Shown one piece after another: positions 17,403-26,486 of a stretch of 64,000 nucleotides of DNA. The position numbers were made by a program, and so were the translations under genes. Origin of the DNA: a virus (lineage: Duplodnaviria; Caudoviricetes); the IMG/VR virus record IMGVR_UViG_3300005573_001331, positions 7,945 through 71,944 of that record. The stretch is one strand, 5' to 3'. Numbering within the stretch: position 1 is the first letter of the stretch; each line of letters starts with the position of its first letter. The notes under the pieces were generated by a model. It searched no databases and was not told the origin of the DNA. It saw only the letters and a program-made list of their open reading frames with translations.

Positions 17403-19055
17403 TTAGTGTAATTTTGGATCTTGAATCAGCTCTTTCTTGTCTTTTTCAGTCATTGCAACTGCGCCTTCCGTAATGAGCAGCAACTTTACAACAGAAGCTG
17501 CGTTTTCTATAACAGACTTAACAACTTCGTAAGGATCAATCACACCAAGTTTGTGCAAATCTCCATATTGTAAGGTTTTTACATTTATTCCATAGGAAAA
17601 TTTTTCTGTATCTGCCAAGTCTGTACTATTAAGCTTTTCAACAACTGTCTCATAATTCAATCCAGCATTATTTAAAATCGTCTTTAGAGGCGATTTTAAG
17701 GCGCGTGCAACAATACCCATTCCATTAAGTACGTCCGTGCCATACTTATCAGGATTTCTCTCCATAAGCCTGTATACTGCTTCGGAGGCTCGGTAATAAG
17801 AAATACCGCCGCCAGGAAGCACGCCGCTGCGAATGGCTACTCGCGTTGCATGCAAAGCATCTTCAACACGATCTTTTTTCTCTTTCTGCTCAGCCTCAGT
17901 AGCACCTCCGACTCGTATAACTGCAATACCACCGGTCAATCTCGCAAGTCTTTCCTGTATTCTTTGCTTGTCATACTGAGTAGGAGCATTTTCAATCTGC
18001 TCCTTTATCTCCTGAGCGCGTGTTGTTATTCTTTCCGCATTATCGGAATAACCAACTATCACAGTTTCGTTCTTTGTTGCGGTAACTTTAGCAACCCTTC
18101 CTAAACAATGCGCATTTTCATAGGTAAATGACCTGAAAGCGTTCTCTGAGAAGGGAATAGCTTTTGCAACTGCTGCGATATCATTCATAACTTCATCTTG
18201 ATACTCACCAAAGCCTGGAGTCTGCACTGCGAGTATTCTAACTGTACCCTTCACATTATTCGCGGCCAGCACCTGCAAAACGAATGTATCAAATTCATCC
18301 GCAATGAGTAATACAGGTACACCAGGATATTGTTGCATCATTGGATTGAAGAAATCTAACAAACGCCTCTGATCGCTTAGCTTTCCGTCATATAAAATAA
18401 CGAGAGCATCCTTCAACTCCGCTTTCATTGACGTTGGTGTATCGGCAAAGTGAATAGAAGCCATGCCTCTATCGAGCTGCATTCCCGAATTAATCTCAAC
18501 TGTAGTCTCGGAAGTACGCGAGTTATCTAAGCTTACCACTCCATCGTTGCCCACCTCATTGTAAGCTTTCGCGATCAAATTTCCTATCTCTGCATCGTTG
18601 TTACTACTAATAGTAGCGATCTGGGAAATCTGATCTAATGTTTCAATAGGAACTCGCTTTTGCCCAAGAAAACGTATCGCTTCATCTACAGCGCGTTGTA
18701 TCCCCTCTGCAAGCTTTACCACATTAACTTCATTATTGAGCATTAACAACCCCTCATTCAGCATCATCTGAGTGAGAAGTGTGGCTGTTGTTGTTCCATC
18801 ACCAGCATCTTCAGCGGTCTTTTGTGCTACTTGCTGAACAAGCTTTACTCCTAAACGTTCAACTGGATCACCAACGTCAACATCTTTTGCAACAGTAACT
18901 CCATCTTTTGTTACCGCAGGATAGCCAAATACTCGATCGAGTACAACAACGTGTCCTCCTGGACCGAGCGTTACTTTTACCATATTAGCAACTTTATCAA
19001 CACCTTGCTTTAATCTTTCTCTTGCTTCCTTACTATAGATTAAAATTTTGTCCAC
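17403..19055 (-). CDS. groEL: GroEL-like chaperonin
   Basis: KVTLGP, VTKDGVTVAK, AGDGTTTAT, GGIAVIRVGGATEAE, LPGGG, GVIDP; no GGM tail. Confidence 0.97.
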   Translation of the reverse strand: MDKILIYSKEARERLKQGVDKVANMVKVTLGPGGHVVVLDRVFGYPAVTKDGVTVAKDVDVGDPVERLGVKLVQQVAQKTAEDAGDGTTTATLLTQMMLNEGLLMLNNEVNVVKLAEGIQRAVDEAIRFLGQKRVPIETLDQISQIATISSNNDAEIGNLIAKAYNEVGNDGVVSLDNSRTSETTVEINSGMQLDRGMASIHFADTPTSMKAELKDALVILYDGKLSDQRRLLDFFNPMMQQYPGVPVLLIADEFDTFVLQVLAANNVKGTVRILAVQTPGFGEYQDEVMNDIAAVAKAIPFSENAFRSFTYENAHCLGRVAKVTATKNETVIVGYSDNAERITTRAQEIKEQIENAPTQYDKQRIQERLARLTGGIAVIRVGGATEAEQKEKKDRVEDALHATRVAIRSGVLPGGGISYYRASEAVYRLMERNPDKYGTDVLNGMGIVARALKSPLKTILNNAGLNYETVVEKLNSTDLADTEKFSYGINVKTLQYGDLHKLGVIDPYEVVKSVIENAASVVKLLLITEGAVAMTEKDKKELIQDPKLH

Positions 19056-19094
19056 TGTAACTCCTTTCTAATTTCCTGTTTCTCTTGAACTATA

Positions 19095-19355
19095 TTACAA
19101 ATCTTCTGTATTTCGACGCTTGTAACCGATTGATTTATAAATTCCCCGCTTTACTCTTCGTACAACTGCTGGCTGTTTACCATCCTTTGATAAACGCTCT
19201 AGCGCTTTAAATAAATGTTTCTCCGGCTTGTATAATACTGGTTCGCCGAGTTTCAAATGAACGTGTTTCAACCACCAGCTCATTTGATGAGGATGCTGGG
19301 AGCAGGGTTCGGTTTTTGCAACCTCTCTCACTGCCCAAGTAAGTCCCTTTTTCAT
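19095..19355 (-). CDS. Basic hypothetical protein
   Basis: 86 aa overlapping the polymerase stop; GGAGG RBS present. Confidence 0.55.
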   Translation of the reverse strand: MKKGLTWAVREVAKTEPCSQHPHQMSWWLKHVHLKLGEPVLYKPEKHLFKALERLSKDGKQPAVVRRVKRGIYKSIGYKRRNTEDL

Positions 19356-22021
19356 ACTGACCTCCCTTTTTGTATGAATTCATAATATAGCTCACGCCAA
19401 TTAAGTGTTGGCTTAGGAAACTCTAATGTTTCACCCCAACGCTTTCCGATTTTTATCGATGCATCTAACTTAACGGTAATTTTCTCTGTTTGTCGCGTCA
19501 TCTCTTCATATATTATCTCAATTCCCCTATCTGCGCTTTTGTCTTGGAGAGTATAGCACAGCGAGTCGTAAACCGTTAGAATTAAACGATTTTCAGGGAA
19601 TGTAAGAAGGCCCTCTGTACGCGCCACTTCTGCAAATCTCCTGTAAATACGTATACCAGCCCCGAGAACTATATCAGAAGCTCCGCCTTGGATAGGACTA
19701 TTAACCGCTTGTCTCAGTGCCTCCTCCCGCTCAGCGGGTATCTTCGAATTAATCTTCAACAGCCGGCGTCTCCGCCCGAACAGATTAACAACATACCCAT
19801 TAACGCGTGCAAACCCCTGCGTCTTCAATATCCACGTTCTTGCTACAGGATAGCGCCCAAAAAACTTATCTACTACTTTTTGAGCCGCAGCTTCACTGAT
19901 GCCGAGTTGTGCCGCCACACTTCTTGAACTGCGCCCATACATGACTCCAAAAACAATTGCTTTTGCTTCTTGACGCTGTGCTTTTGTAACATCTTTTACA
20001 ATCTCTTTATAAACCTGATCTGACAAATCCCCCTTCGGAATATTTACACCCTTACCTGCAGCAGCCATAAGCTTATGTATATCTACACCTTGTTCAAGAT
20101 CGTGTAACATTTGAGGATCTTGGCTGTAATTACACCAGGTACGAAATTCCATTTGTGATCCGTCAACTTCAACAATCCAGTCATCGGGACTGTCTGGTAT
20201 GAACTGATTCTTTATCTCAGCTGAGGTAGATGTCGTTGGTATGTTATTAAGATTTGGATTGCGGCTTGACGGACGCCCCGTTACTGTACCAAAGAGTAAG
20301 TACTCCGTGTGAGCCTTGCCATCAATAGCGCTTGCCTCAAGCATCCCGTCGACAAACTTAGCCTTCAAACCTGCTAAGCTCCGGTGTTCAGCTAATAATG
20401 AGCAAAACTTGTTTGTCTTTGCGTACTCCTCTAAGACGGATTTGTCAAGACTGGGATTTTCTCCCTTTGAGCTAGTTTTCGATTTCAATACAGGTAAGTG
20501 CATTCGATCGATGAGCAGTTCTCTTAGCTGAGTAGGAGACTGAGGATTAAAAACGAACGTCTTCTTGTGTTCTGGTAATGAATCAAAATAACTTTGAAAG
20601 GTCGGGAAATCGCGCTGAAACTTTGCTGATTTAACAAAACGTTGCGCATACGTTCGTTCAAGCTCTCTTCTTATAGCAATCTCCTTGCTGTTCTTGTAGT
20701 TCATAACTTCGGGAACGCGCATAATAAGATCCATCTTGTGCTTCAAATCCTTTTCGTAGCGCTGCTGCAACTGAGTTAAATACTCTCTGTCAATGGTTAC
20801 CCCATAATACTCAACCTGCATCAATAATTTCTGTGCGGGCATCACACGAGTAAAGAGCAACTCATCTAGATGCTCTTCGTAAATCAACGGGAGCATTGCG
20901 TTGTAAGAAGCGAGTGTCACAATTGCATCAAGAACAGCATAGGGATGAAGCAATTCAATCGGTATCTGCGAGTAGTCAAAGTCGTCGTCATGTTTATGCT
21001 GTGTCACATACTGATCCAATGGAATGGAGTACCCAGCATAATTTGTATACTCCATAGCAAGAATATCCAGTCCGTGATTGCTATTTTCTTGCAAGAGATG
21101 GTGCATTAATAATGTATCACAATAGTAATTACGCACCTTAATGCCGTAGCGCATAAAGACCTTAATATCGAAACTCCCATTTTGAAAAATTTTCTTCGCT
21201 GGATTTCCCAATATTAGTTTCAGTTTCTCCCATAATACCGACTCAGGGAAATTAATATAGCGCGTATCAATAAACGCACCGACTGCATCCGCCCAAGAGA
21301 AGGAAATGATAAAAATTTTGGCGAGGAGGTGGTTAAGACTCGTCGTCTCTGTATCACAGGAGAAAACATCAACGTTATTCAAAACATCAACAAGCCAATC
21401 TAATTGTCTCTCCGTCTTTATCTGGTACTGTGTAAACTCTGGCCGCGCATTTACTGTTATCTTACCATCTAAATAGTCTTTTACTTTCTTTAGATCCCCG
21501 ATCAATAACGATTTTGCTTCGGGATGGCGCATGGGGAGAACATAAGCTGGGTGGTAAGTGGGGAGAATTAAACAATTATATCTCTCACTCTCAAACCATC
21601 GACCGCGCATCTGCGTAATGCCTCTTGCGCCAGGAATCAAACTTGCTAATGCGGTTGTACCCAGTGTAACGATAACCTTTGGCTTCAGTTCTTGTATTTC
21701 TTTATCAAGAAACTCAAAGCAGGCCTTCGCCTCCTCTCGCGTAGGCGCGCGATTTGCCGGCGGGCGACAACTACAAACATTCACTACAGCAACTGCGTCT
21801 CTTGTGAACCCCGCAGACAGTAAAGCGGAGGTTAGTTCATCGCCTGCAGGACCAACAAACGGCCTTCCTTGTTTATCTTCTTGCTCGCCTGGAGCTTCTC
21901 CTATAAGAAGAACCTCTGCATCTTTCGGTAATACGGAATGCACAACCTGTGTTCTCCCAAGCTGTGCTAAAGGACAAGCTTGACAGTTGTCCTGGTGATG
22001 AGAAGGTAGATATTCTTTCAC
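19352..22021 (-). CDS. polA: Family A DNA polymerase with N-terminal family-4 uracil-DNA glycosylase domain and 3'-5' exonuclease
   Basis: UDG: CQAC, IGEAPG, GRPFVG, CRPP, YHPAY. Exo: DTET, QNGSFD. Pol: TGRPSS, DGSQME, AKAIVFGVMYG, NSPIQG, VYDS. Confidence 0.95.
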   Translation of the reverse strand: MKEYLPSHHQDNCQACPLAQLGRTQVVHSVLPKDAEVLLIGEAPGEQEDKQGRPFVGPAGDELTSALLSAGFTRDAVAVVNVCSCRPPANRAPTREEAKACFEFLDKEIQELKPKVIVTLGTTALASLIPGARGITQMRGRWFESERYNCLILPTYHPAYVLPMRHPEAKSLLIGDLKKVKDYLDGKITVNARPEFTQYQIKTERQLDWLVDVLNNVDVFSCDTETTSLNHLLAKIFIISFSWADAVGAFIDTRYINFPESVLWEKLKLILGNPAKKIFQNGSFDIKVFMRYGIKVRNYYCDTLLMHHLLQENSNHGLDILAMEYTNYAGYSIPLDQYVTQHKHDDDFDYSQIPIELLHPYAVLDAIVTLASYNAMLPLIYEEHLDELLFTRVMPAQKLLMQVEYYGVTIDREYLTQLQQRYEKDLKHKMDLIMRVPEVMNYKNSKEIAIRRELERTYAQRFVKSAKFQRDFPTFQSYFDSLPEHKKTFVFNPQSPTQLRELLIDRMHLPVLKSKTSSKGENPSLDKSVLEEYAKTNKFCSLLAEHRSLAGLKAKFVDGMLEASAIDGKAHTEYLLFGTVTGRPSSRNPNLNNIPTTSTSAEIKNQFIPDSPDDWIVEVDGSQMEFRTWCNYSQDPQMLHDLEQGVDIHKLMAAAGKGVNIPKGDLSDQVYKEIVKDVTKAQRQEAKAIVFGVMYGRSSRSVAAQLGISEAAAQKVVDKFFGRYPVARTWILKTQGFARVNGYVVNLFGRRRRLLKINSKIPAEREEALRQAVNSPIQGGASDIVLGAGIRIYRRFAEVARTEGLLTFPENRLILTVYDSLCYTLQDKSADRGIEIIYEEMTRQTEKITVKLDASIKIGKRWGETLEFPKPTLNWRELYYEFIQKGRSV

Positions 22022-22028
22022 TTATGCT

Positions 22029-22721
22029 CTATATGGTATACTTGTGAAGCCGATTGGCTTCTATTTTGTGAAATTCTATTCCGGCTGAAAAGACTTTTCT
22101 TCCTATTCTTTCAGTTGAGAAGAAATATCGGTTACGATTTACGACAACAGTAAAGAGGGGCTTATAGCGTCGGTATGCGTAAATTGCTGACTCATGTTGT
22201 TCATTATCAGCAAGTGCTAAAATAGCCATGTCGCCATCAAGAGCATTGAGATAATCCTCAGCTAGTTCAATCCCAAATATCTCGATAATACGAAGAATTA
22301 ACTCAGAATCCACTTGCAGTTTTCGAGGCAGTTTCCAGTACTTAAACCTCTCTTCATACGCTATTAGGTTGCCGTTATGCACAATAGCAACATTAGCTTT
22401 ATCGTTTACGAGAGGTTGATCATTCTCATGCCCCAATCCAAAGATTGCAAGTCTATTCTGAGCAATGGCCATCGAAGCATGCCCAATATACTTAAGGTAA
22501 GTATCAAGATCAGCTTGTGAGGCTTTTAGAGGAGATCGAAAAGTTACAAGTTGATTACGATCAACTTGAACTTGCGTTTTGAGTTCATCGTAATCAACTT
22601 GACCGATCGTAATTCCGGTGCCATCTTGTCCACGTATTTCTGAAGCAATCAGTAGTTGCTTAAAGATGGCTCTCGCTTCTGCACCGTCACCTCCGACCAG
22701 TATACCTGTTATACCGCACAT
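22029..22721 (-). CDS. Class II (Ntn) glutamine amidotransferase, stand-alone Gat
   Basis: N-terminal MCG nucleophile, RGQDGTG, NDQP, HNG, DSE; start overlaps the queC stop. Confidence 0.85.
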   Translation of the reverse strand: MCGITGILVGGDGAEARAIFKQLLIASEIRGQDGTGITIGQVDYDELKTQVQVDRNQLVTFRSPLKASQADLDTYLKYIGHASMAIAQNRLAIFGLGHENDQPLVNDKANVAIVHNGNLIAYEERFKYWKLPRKLQVDSELILRIIEIFGIELAEDYLNALDGDMAILALADNEQHESAIYAYRRYKPLFTVVVNRNRYFFSTERIGRKVFSAGIEFHKIEANRLHKYTI

Positions 22722-23437
22722 TAGACCAACCTATACCTATTATCGATCTTTTGCAACCGATCCCAGGTTATTTCATCAACTAGCGGGTCTCGTTGTCCTG
22801 CTTCTTTGAAACCTTTAATACGCAGCTGGCAACTATCACACTCGAGACAAGGCTTGCTCCCCCCAGCATAGCATGACCACGTTTTTTCATAGGGAACTCC
22901 TAATTCGAGACCCCATTCGACAATTTCTGCTTTATACAGATGTAGTAACGGCGCCTTGAGTTCAATTGTCCCACCACTTACCGTCTTCTTTGTAGCAAGA
23001 TTTATCAGCTTCTGCCAAGCCTCTATGTATTCAGGCCTATCATCAGGGTAGCCACTAAAATCCTGCGCTGTAGCCCCGATGAAAATGGCATCAGCGTCTA
23101 CCTCCTCTGCGAACTGAAGAGCATAGGCTATAAAAAGTGTATTCCGAGCAGGTACGTATGTGGTAGGAATCTCCACTGACATCTCTTCAAGAGTTCTGTC
23201 GGTGGGGAGTACTGCTTTACCAGTCAACGAGGTGCCAGTTGGAGTTGGTAATGTGACAACCCTGTGCATCTTCGCACCGACAATAAGAGAGAGCTCTTCC
23301 GCGCAGGAAAGCTCTCTCTTATGCTTCTGACCATATAGAAAGGACAAGGTATAGAGATCGTAACCTTCTGATTTAGCAACAAAAAGTGTGGTACTTGAAT
23401 CCAATCCACCGCTTAATAAACAAATGCTCTTTTTCAT
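22721..23437 (-). CDS. queC: 7-cyano-7-deazaguanine synthase
   Basis: LSGGLDS, YGQKH, YVPARN, GYPD(D)R, TWSCY and the C-x8-C-x2-C-x2-C Zn site. Confidence 0.95.
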   Translation of the reverse strand: MKKSICLLSGGLDSSTTLFVAKSEGYDLYTLSFLYGQKHKRELSCAEELSLIVGAKMHRVVTLPTPTGTSLTGKAVLPTDRTLEEMSVEIPTTYVPARNTLFIAYALQFAEEVDADAIFIGATAQDFSGYPDDRPEYIEAWQKLINLATKKTVSGGTIELKAPLLHLYKAEIVEWGLELGVPYEKTWSCYAGGSKPCLECDSCQLRIKGFKEAGQRDPLVDEITWDRLQKIDNRYRLV

Positions 23438-23457
23438 AATGTTTCTTGCATTCCTTT

Positions 23458-24165
23458 CTACGCAATGTTGGCTATTACAGACTTTAACTGACTTCTCAGC
23501 TCCACGACGGGAATCCGTAACTCATCGGCGGCTTCCTTCAGTGTCAAACTTCCTGTCACAATTAATCTAACTGCGGGAATTAGCTGCTCAGGAAGGGAGC
23601 ACCAAAACTCAGGGTATTCATTTTCTTCCACTGGGATTGTGTTGAGGAGAGGATTTCCATCTTCATCAGTAGTGCGATCAAGTGAAATGGGATTGTGCAC
23701 TTCCTGCTTCCTCTTATTCTTATTTGACCTCCCATCGCGATTGGCACTGTTTCGTAAGATCTCAATAACCAGTCGTTTGAAGAACTGTGAAAACTTCTGG
23801 TTATTAGGTGTCGGTCCGTACTTCTGTAGAATGCTGAAGACCGAGTAGCGAATCTCTGCAATGTCGTCCTCTATATCGGCTGCACTGTCTGGTCTGCCGT
23901 AGTGACTGTGATAAGCAGACTTTGCCGCGTAGGGTTGCAACAATTCCCATAACTGATTGAAGATGACACCATCAACCTTGTAAAGTTCCCGAGGTTGTCC
24001 CTTTCGCGGGCCTTTGTAATAAGTTCGCAGCAATCGTACTTTAAACCGGAACCGGCTCTGTTCGATGCTGCGAAAGAATTCTTCCTTTTCATCCTCTTGC
24101 ATAAGTGTACAGGCTTTTTCAGCGAGAGAATCAATCTTTGACAGTAATGCTTGTTGATTAGCCAA
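23458..24165 (-). CDS. Divergent sigma70-family (ECF-like) transcription factor
   Basis: Region 2-like DIEDDIAEIR...FSQFFKRLV, ISLD linker, and region 4 HTH TLKEAADELRIP. Confidence 0.6.
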   Translation of the reverse strand: MANQQALLSKIDSLAEKACTLMQEDEKEEFFRSIEQSRFRFKVRLLRTYYKGPRKGQPRELYKVDGVIFNQLWELLQPYAAKSAYHSHYGRPDSAADIEDDIAEIRYSVFSILQKYGPTPNNQKFSQFFKRLVIEILRNSANRDGRSNKNKRKQEVHNPISLDRTTDEDGNPLLNTIPVEENEYPEFWCSLPEQLIPAVRLIVTGSLTLKEAADELRIPVVELRSQLKSVIANIA

Positions 24166-24216
24166 TATATACCTCCGCTTGTTTTGGATTTAAAGAAAAT
24201 AATATTATACTATTAA

Positions 24217-24546
24217 TTACTGTGCATCTGGTTTGCCAACGCGGTGTTTATATGCGTATAAATAAGACCTAAGTGTTACGGGATTCGCGGACGGAAAAGC
24301 AGCACGAACCTCTTCTTCAGTTGCTCCACCGTCAAGCATGCGGTATACCTGAGCCCGCATTCCTTGACGTGCTTTTACGATGCCGTGAGAGTGATTGTAC
24401 GCATACAAGTAAGACCTGAGAGTTACAGGATTCGCAGATGGAAAAGCTGATCGAATCGTTTCTTCAGTGGCTCCGCTATCGAGCATACGATATACCTCGG
24501 CGCGCATTCCACGCTTGGCCGTATTGACTGACTGCTGTTCTTGCAT
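24217..24546 (-). CDS. Protein made of two copies of a ~45-aa HTH-like repeat
   Basis: RAEVYRMLDSGATEETIRSAFPSANPVTLRSYLYAY occurs twice. Confidence 0.75.
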   Translation of the reverse strand: MQEQQSVNTAKRGMRAEVYRMLDSGATEETIRSAFPSANPVTLRSYLYAYNHSHGIVKARQGMRAQVYRMLDGGATEEEVRAAFPSANPVTLRSYLYAYKHRVGKPDAQ

Positions 24547-24559
24547 AATAGACCTCCTT

Positions 24560-25447
24560 TTAATTTAGTTTATTGTTGTGTGAGTGTTTATAGGCATATA
24601 AATAAGACCTAAGTGTTGCTGGCTGGATCGCCGGAAAAGCTGATCGAATCATCTCTTCAGTAGCACCTTCATCAAGCATACGATATATCTCTGTCCTTGC
24701 GCCTCTCTTAGCCTTTGTTGACGTAATACCATGAGCGCGGTTATAAGCATATATATAGGACTTGATCGTTCCTGGATGTGCCTTTGGAAAAGCTGATCGA
24801 ATCATCTCTTCAGTAGCTCCCTCATCGAGCATACGATATATTTCGGTTCTCATTCCAGGCTGTGGCTTTCCAAACTCCCGACCGCTCGCTCCCTCTGATC
24901 TGTTGTGGGCACGATTGTAAACATATAAGTAGGTTCTAAGTGTAGCGGGTTGAATTGAGGGAAAAGCTGATCGAATCATCTCTTCAGTGGCTCCCTCATC
25001 AAGCATACGATATATCTCTGTCCTTGCGCCTCTCTTAACCTTCGCAGGTGCAATATCCTGCTCCTCTTCCCCGACCCCGCGGACAGGCTTTTGTGCAGGC
25101 ATCCATGCTTTCTTCCTTTGTTCGACTATCTCGTCAGTGACGGGATCTTTGTCGAACTGAGTATAGGGGGAAATAGATACTGTTTGCCAGCTCGCATCTT
25201 GGAGCCTCCGAGCTATGACAGATAATACCTCATCATCTACAATGTCTTTTTTCACAATGAGATACAAGCTAGAATAGTCGTTACTCTGGTAGAGTGAATA
25301 GATACGTCCTTCTTCTGCCTTCTTAGCTGGAATAAAAGACGCTGGTTCTTGCGAAGGTTCAAGAATTGGCATCGTAAAATGACTAGCATTAACAGGGCAA
25401 ACCTCTCCTGTAAAACTCGTCCCACATTCAGTACAGTACGATCTCAT
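24560..25447 (-). CDS. Zn-ribbon protein with three copies of the same HTH-like repeat
   Basis: CTEC...CPVNASH N-terminus; RTEIYRMLDEGATEEMIRSAFP...YLYAY x3. Confidence 0.75.
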   Translation of the reverse strand: MRSYCTECGTSFTGEVCPVNASHFTMPILEPSQEPASFIPAKKAEEGRIYSLYQSNDYSSLYLIVKKDIVDDEVLSVIARRLQDASWQTVSISPYTQFDKDPVTDEIVEQRKKAWMPAQKPVRGVGEEEQDIAPAKVKRGARTEIYRMLDEGATEEMIRSAFPSIQPATLRTYLYVYNRAHNRSEGASGREFGKPQPGMRTEIYRMLDEGATEEMIRSAFPKAHPGTIKSYIYAYNRAHGITSTKAKRGARTEIYRMLDEGATEEMIRSAFPAIQPATLRSYLYAYKHSHNNKLN

Positions 25448-25527
25448 ATCACGCCTCCATTATGTTTTATGTATAACATACAATAAATAAAATACAAAAG
25501 CTTTTGGCTCAAAATTACCTCTTTTCT

Positions 25528-25575
25528 TCTTATTACATATATAATATAATAAATCTATTCAAAAAAATCAACCAC
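25528..25575 (-). promoter_or_regulatory. Strong sigma70-type promoter driving the leftward operon
   Basis: TTGATT-17 bp-TATATT on the minus strand; contains a 24-mer that is the exact reverse complement of 26444-26467. Confidence 0.65.
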
Positions 25576-25614
25576 TTATTTTTGCCTGAGTTTTAAATTC
25601 AGAGCGAAATCCAT

Positions 25615-25856
25615 TACTTCTAATACATATTCTGGATTTGATAATCTGTGTTCTCTTTGGTCTCGAAGAGCTGCTGTAATACCTTGTTGATAGGCTGAAA
25701 TTGCATACTTATAATTTCCAGTCTTTTGCAAACAATACTTCTAATACATATTCTGGATTTGATAATCTGTGTTCTCTTTGGTCTCGAAGAGCTGCTGTAA
25801 TACCTTGTTGATAGGCTGAAATTGCATACTTATAATTTCCAGTCTTTTGCAAACAA
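25615..25856. repeat. Perfect 121-bp tandem duplication (25615-25735 / 25736-25856)
   Basis: Both copies are identical, from tacttctaatacatat to ttttgcaaacaa. Confidence 0.95.
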
Positions 25857-26380
25857 GCTTTTAAAATAGCAGCGCTAGCCTGCGCTCCTATTATAGGATC
25901 AAGGAGTTGCTGCTCAGTTACGGTCGGATTGTAATATAATCGCGCTGTTGAGAGATGAGCTTGTCCGGCTCCGAAGGCTCTAAATACGCCCTTGGATCCG
26001 TCTCCCTTTGCATGTGGGTAAAGAGCACTCTCTTTCCACCAAATAGCATAAAGAATACTCCAGTCGAGGGAGTCCTGTTTTGCGAGTTGCTTCGCAAAAG
26101 ACATATATGCGTCAGTGAAAGGGGCTGTATTCAAGCTATCGATGCGATATGTTACGACAGAATCAAGAGTACGTAATAACGTTTCGTAATGCAACAATGA
26201 ATATATATCTTTATTACTTTCATATAACGTCTTCACGGCCTGAATACTATCAGTAAGAGTATGTAAATCTCCTTTTTGTTCAGAATATGCAGGCAATGAT
26301 ATAGGCGGGTGTGTAGCTATCCAGCCTACAAAAACAAGAAAAATTACAATAAATAACAATGGGTTCATAGAATCATTCAT
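25709..26380 (-). CDS. Membrane-anchored lytic transglycosylase (SLT fold); C-terminus altered by the duplication
   Basis: N-terminal TM; WKES catalytic Glu, GAGQ, AYQQG motifs. Confidence 0.75.
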   Translation of the reverse strand: MNDSMNPLLFIVIFLVFVGWIATHPPISLPAYSEQKGDLHTLTDSIQAVKTLYESNKDIYSLLHYETLLRTLDSVVTYRIDSLNTAPFTDAYMSFAKQLAKQDSLDWSILYAIWWKESALYPHAKGDGSKGVFRAFGAGQAHLSTARLYYNPTVTEQQLLDPIIGAQASAAILKACLQKTGNYKYAISAYQQGITAALRDQREHRLSNPEYVLEVLFAKDWKL

Positions 26381-26423
26381 AATATAGTATTATACAAAAG
26401 AATCCACAACCCACAAATAGGGG

Positions 26424-26467
26424 TTGCCTTTTGAAGATAAATGTATTATATTATATATGTAATAAGA
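26424..26467 (+). promoter_or_regulatory. Strong sigma70-type promoter driving the rightward operon
   Basis: TTGCCT-17 bp-TATATT, followed by the AAGGAGG RBS of the 26487 gene. Confidence 0.7.
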
Positions 26468-26486
26468 TAAAATAAAGGAGGTAAAA

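Noticed and set aside
25615-25856. CRISPR array or mobile-element target duplication
   Set aside because: Only two abutting 121-bp copies with no spacers, cas genes or transposase.
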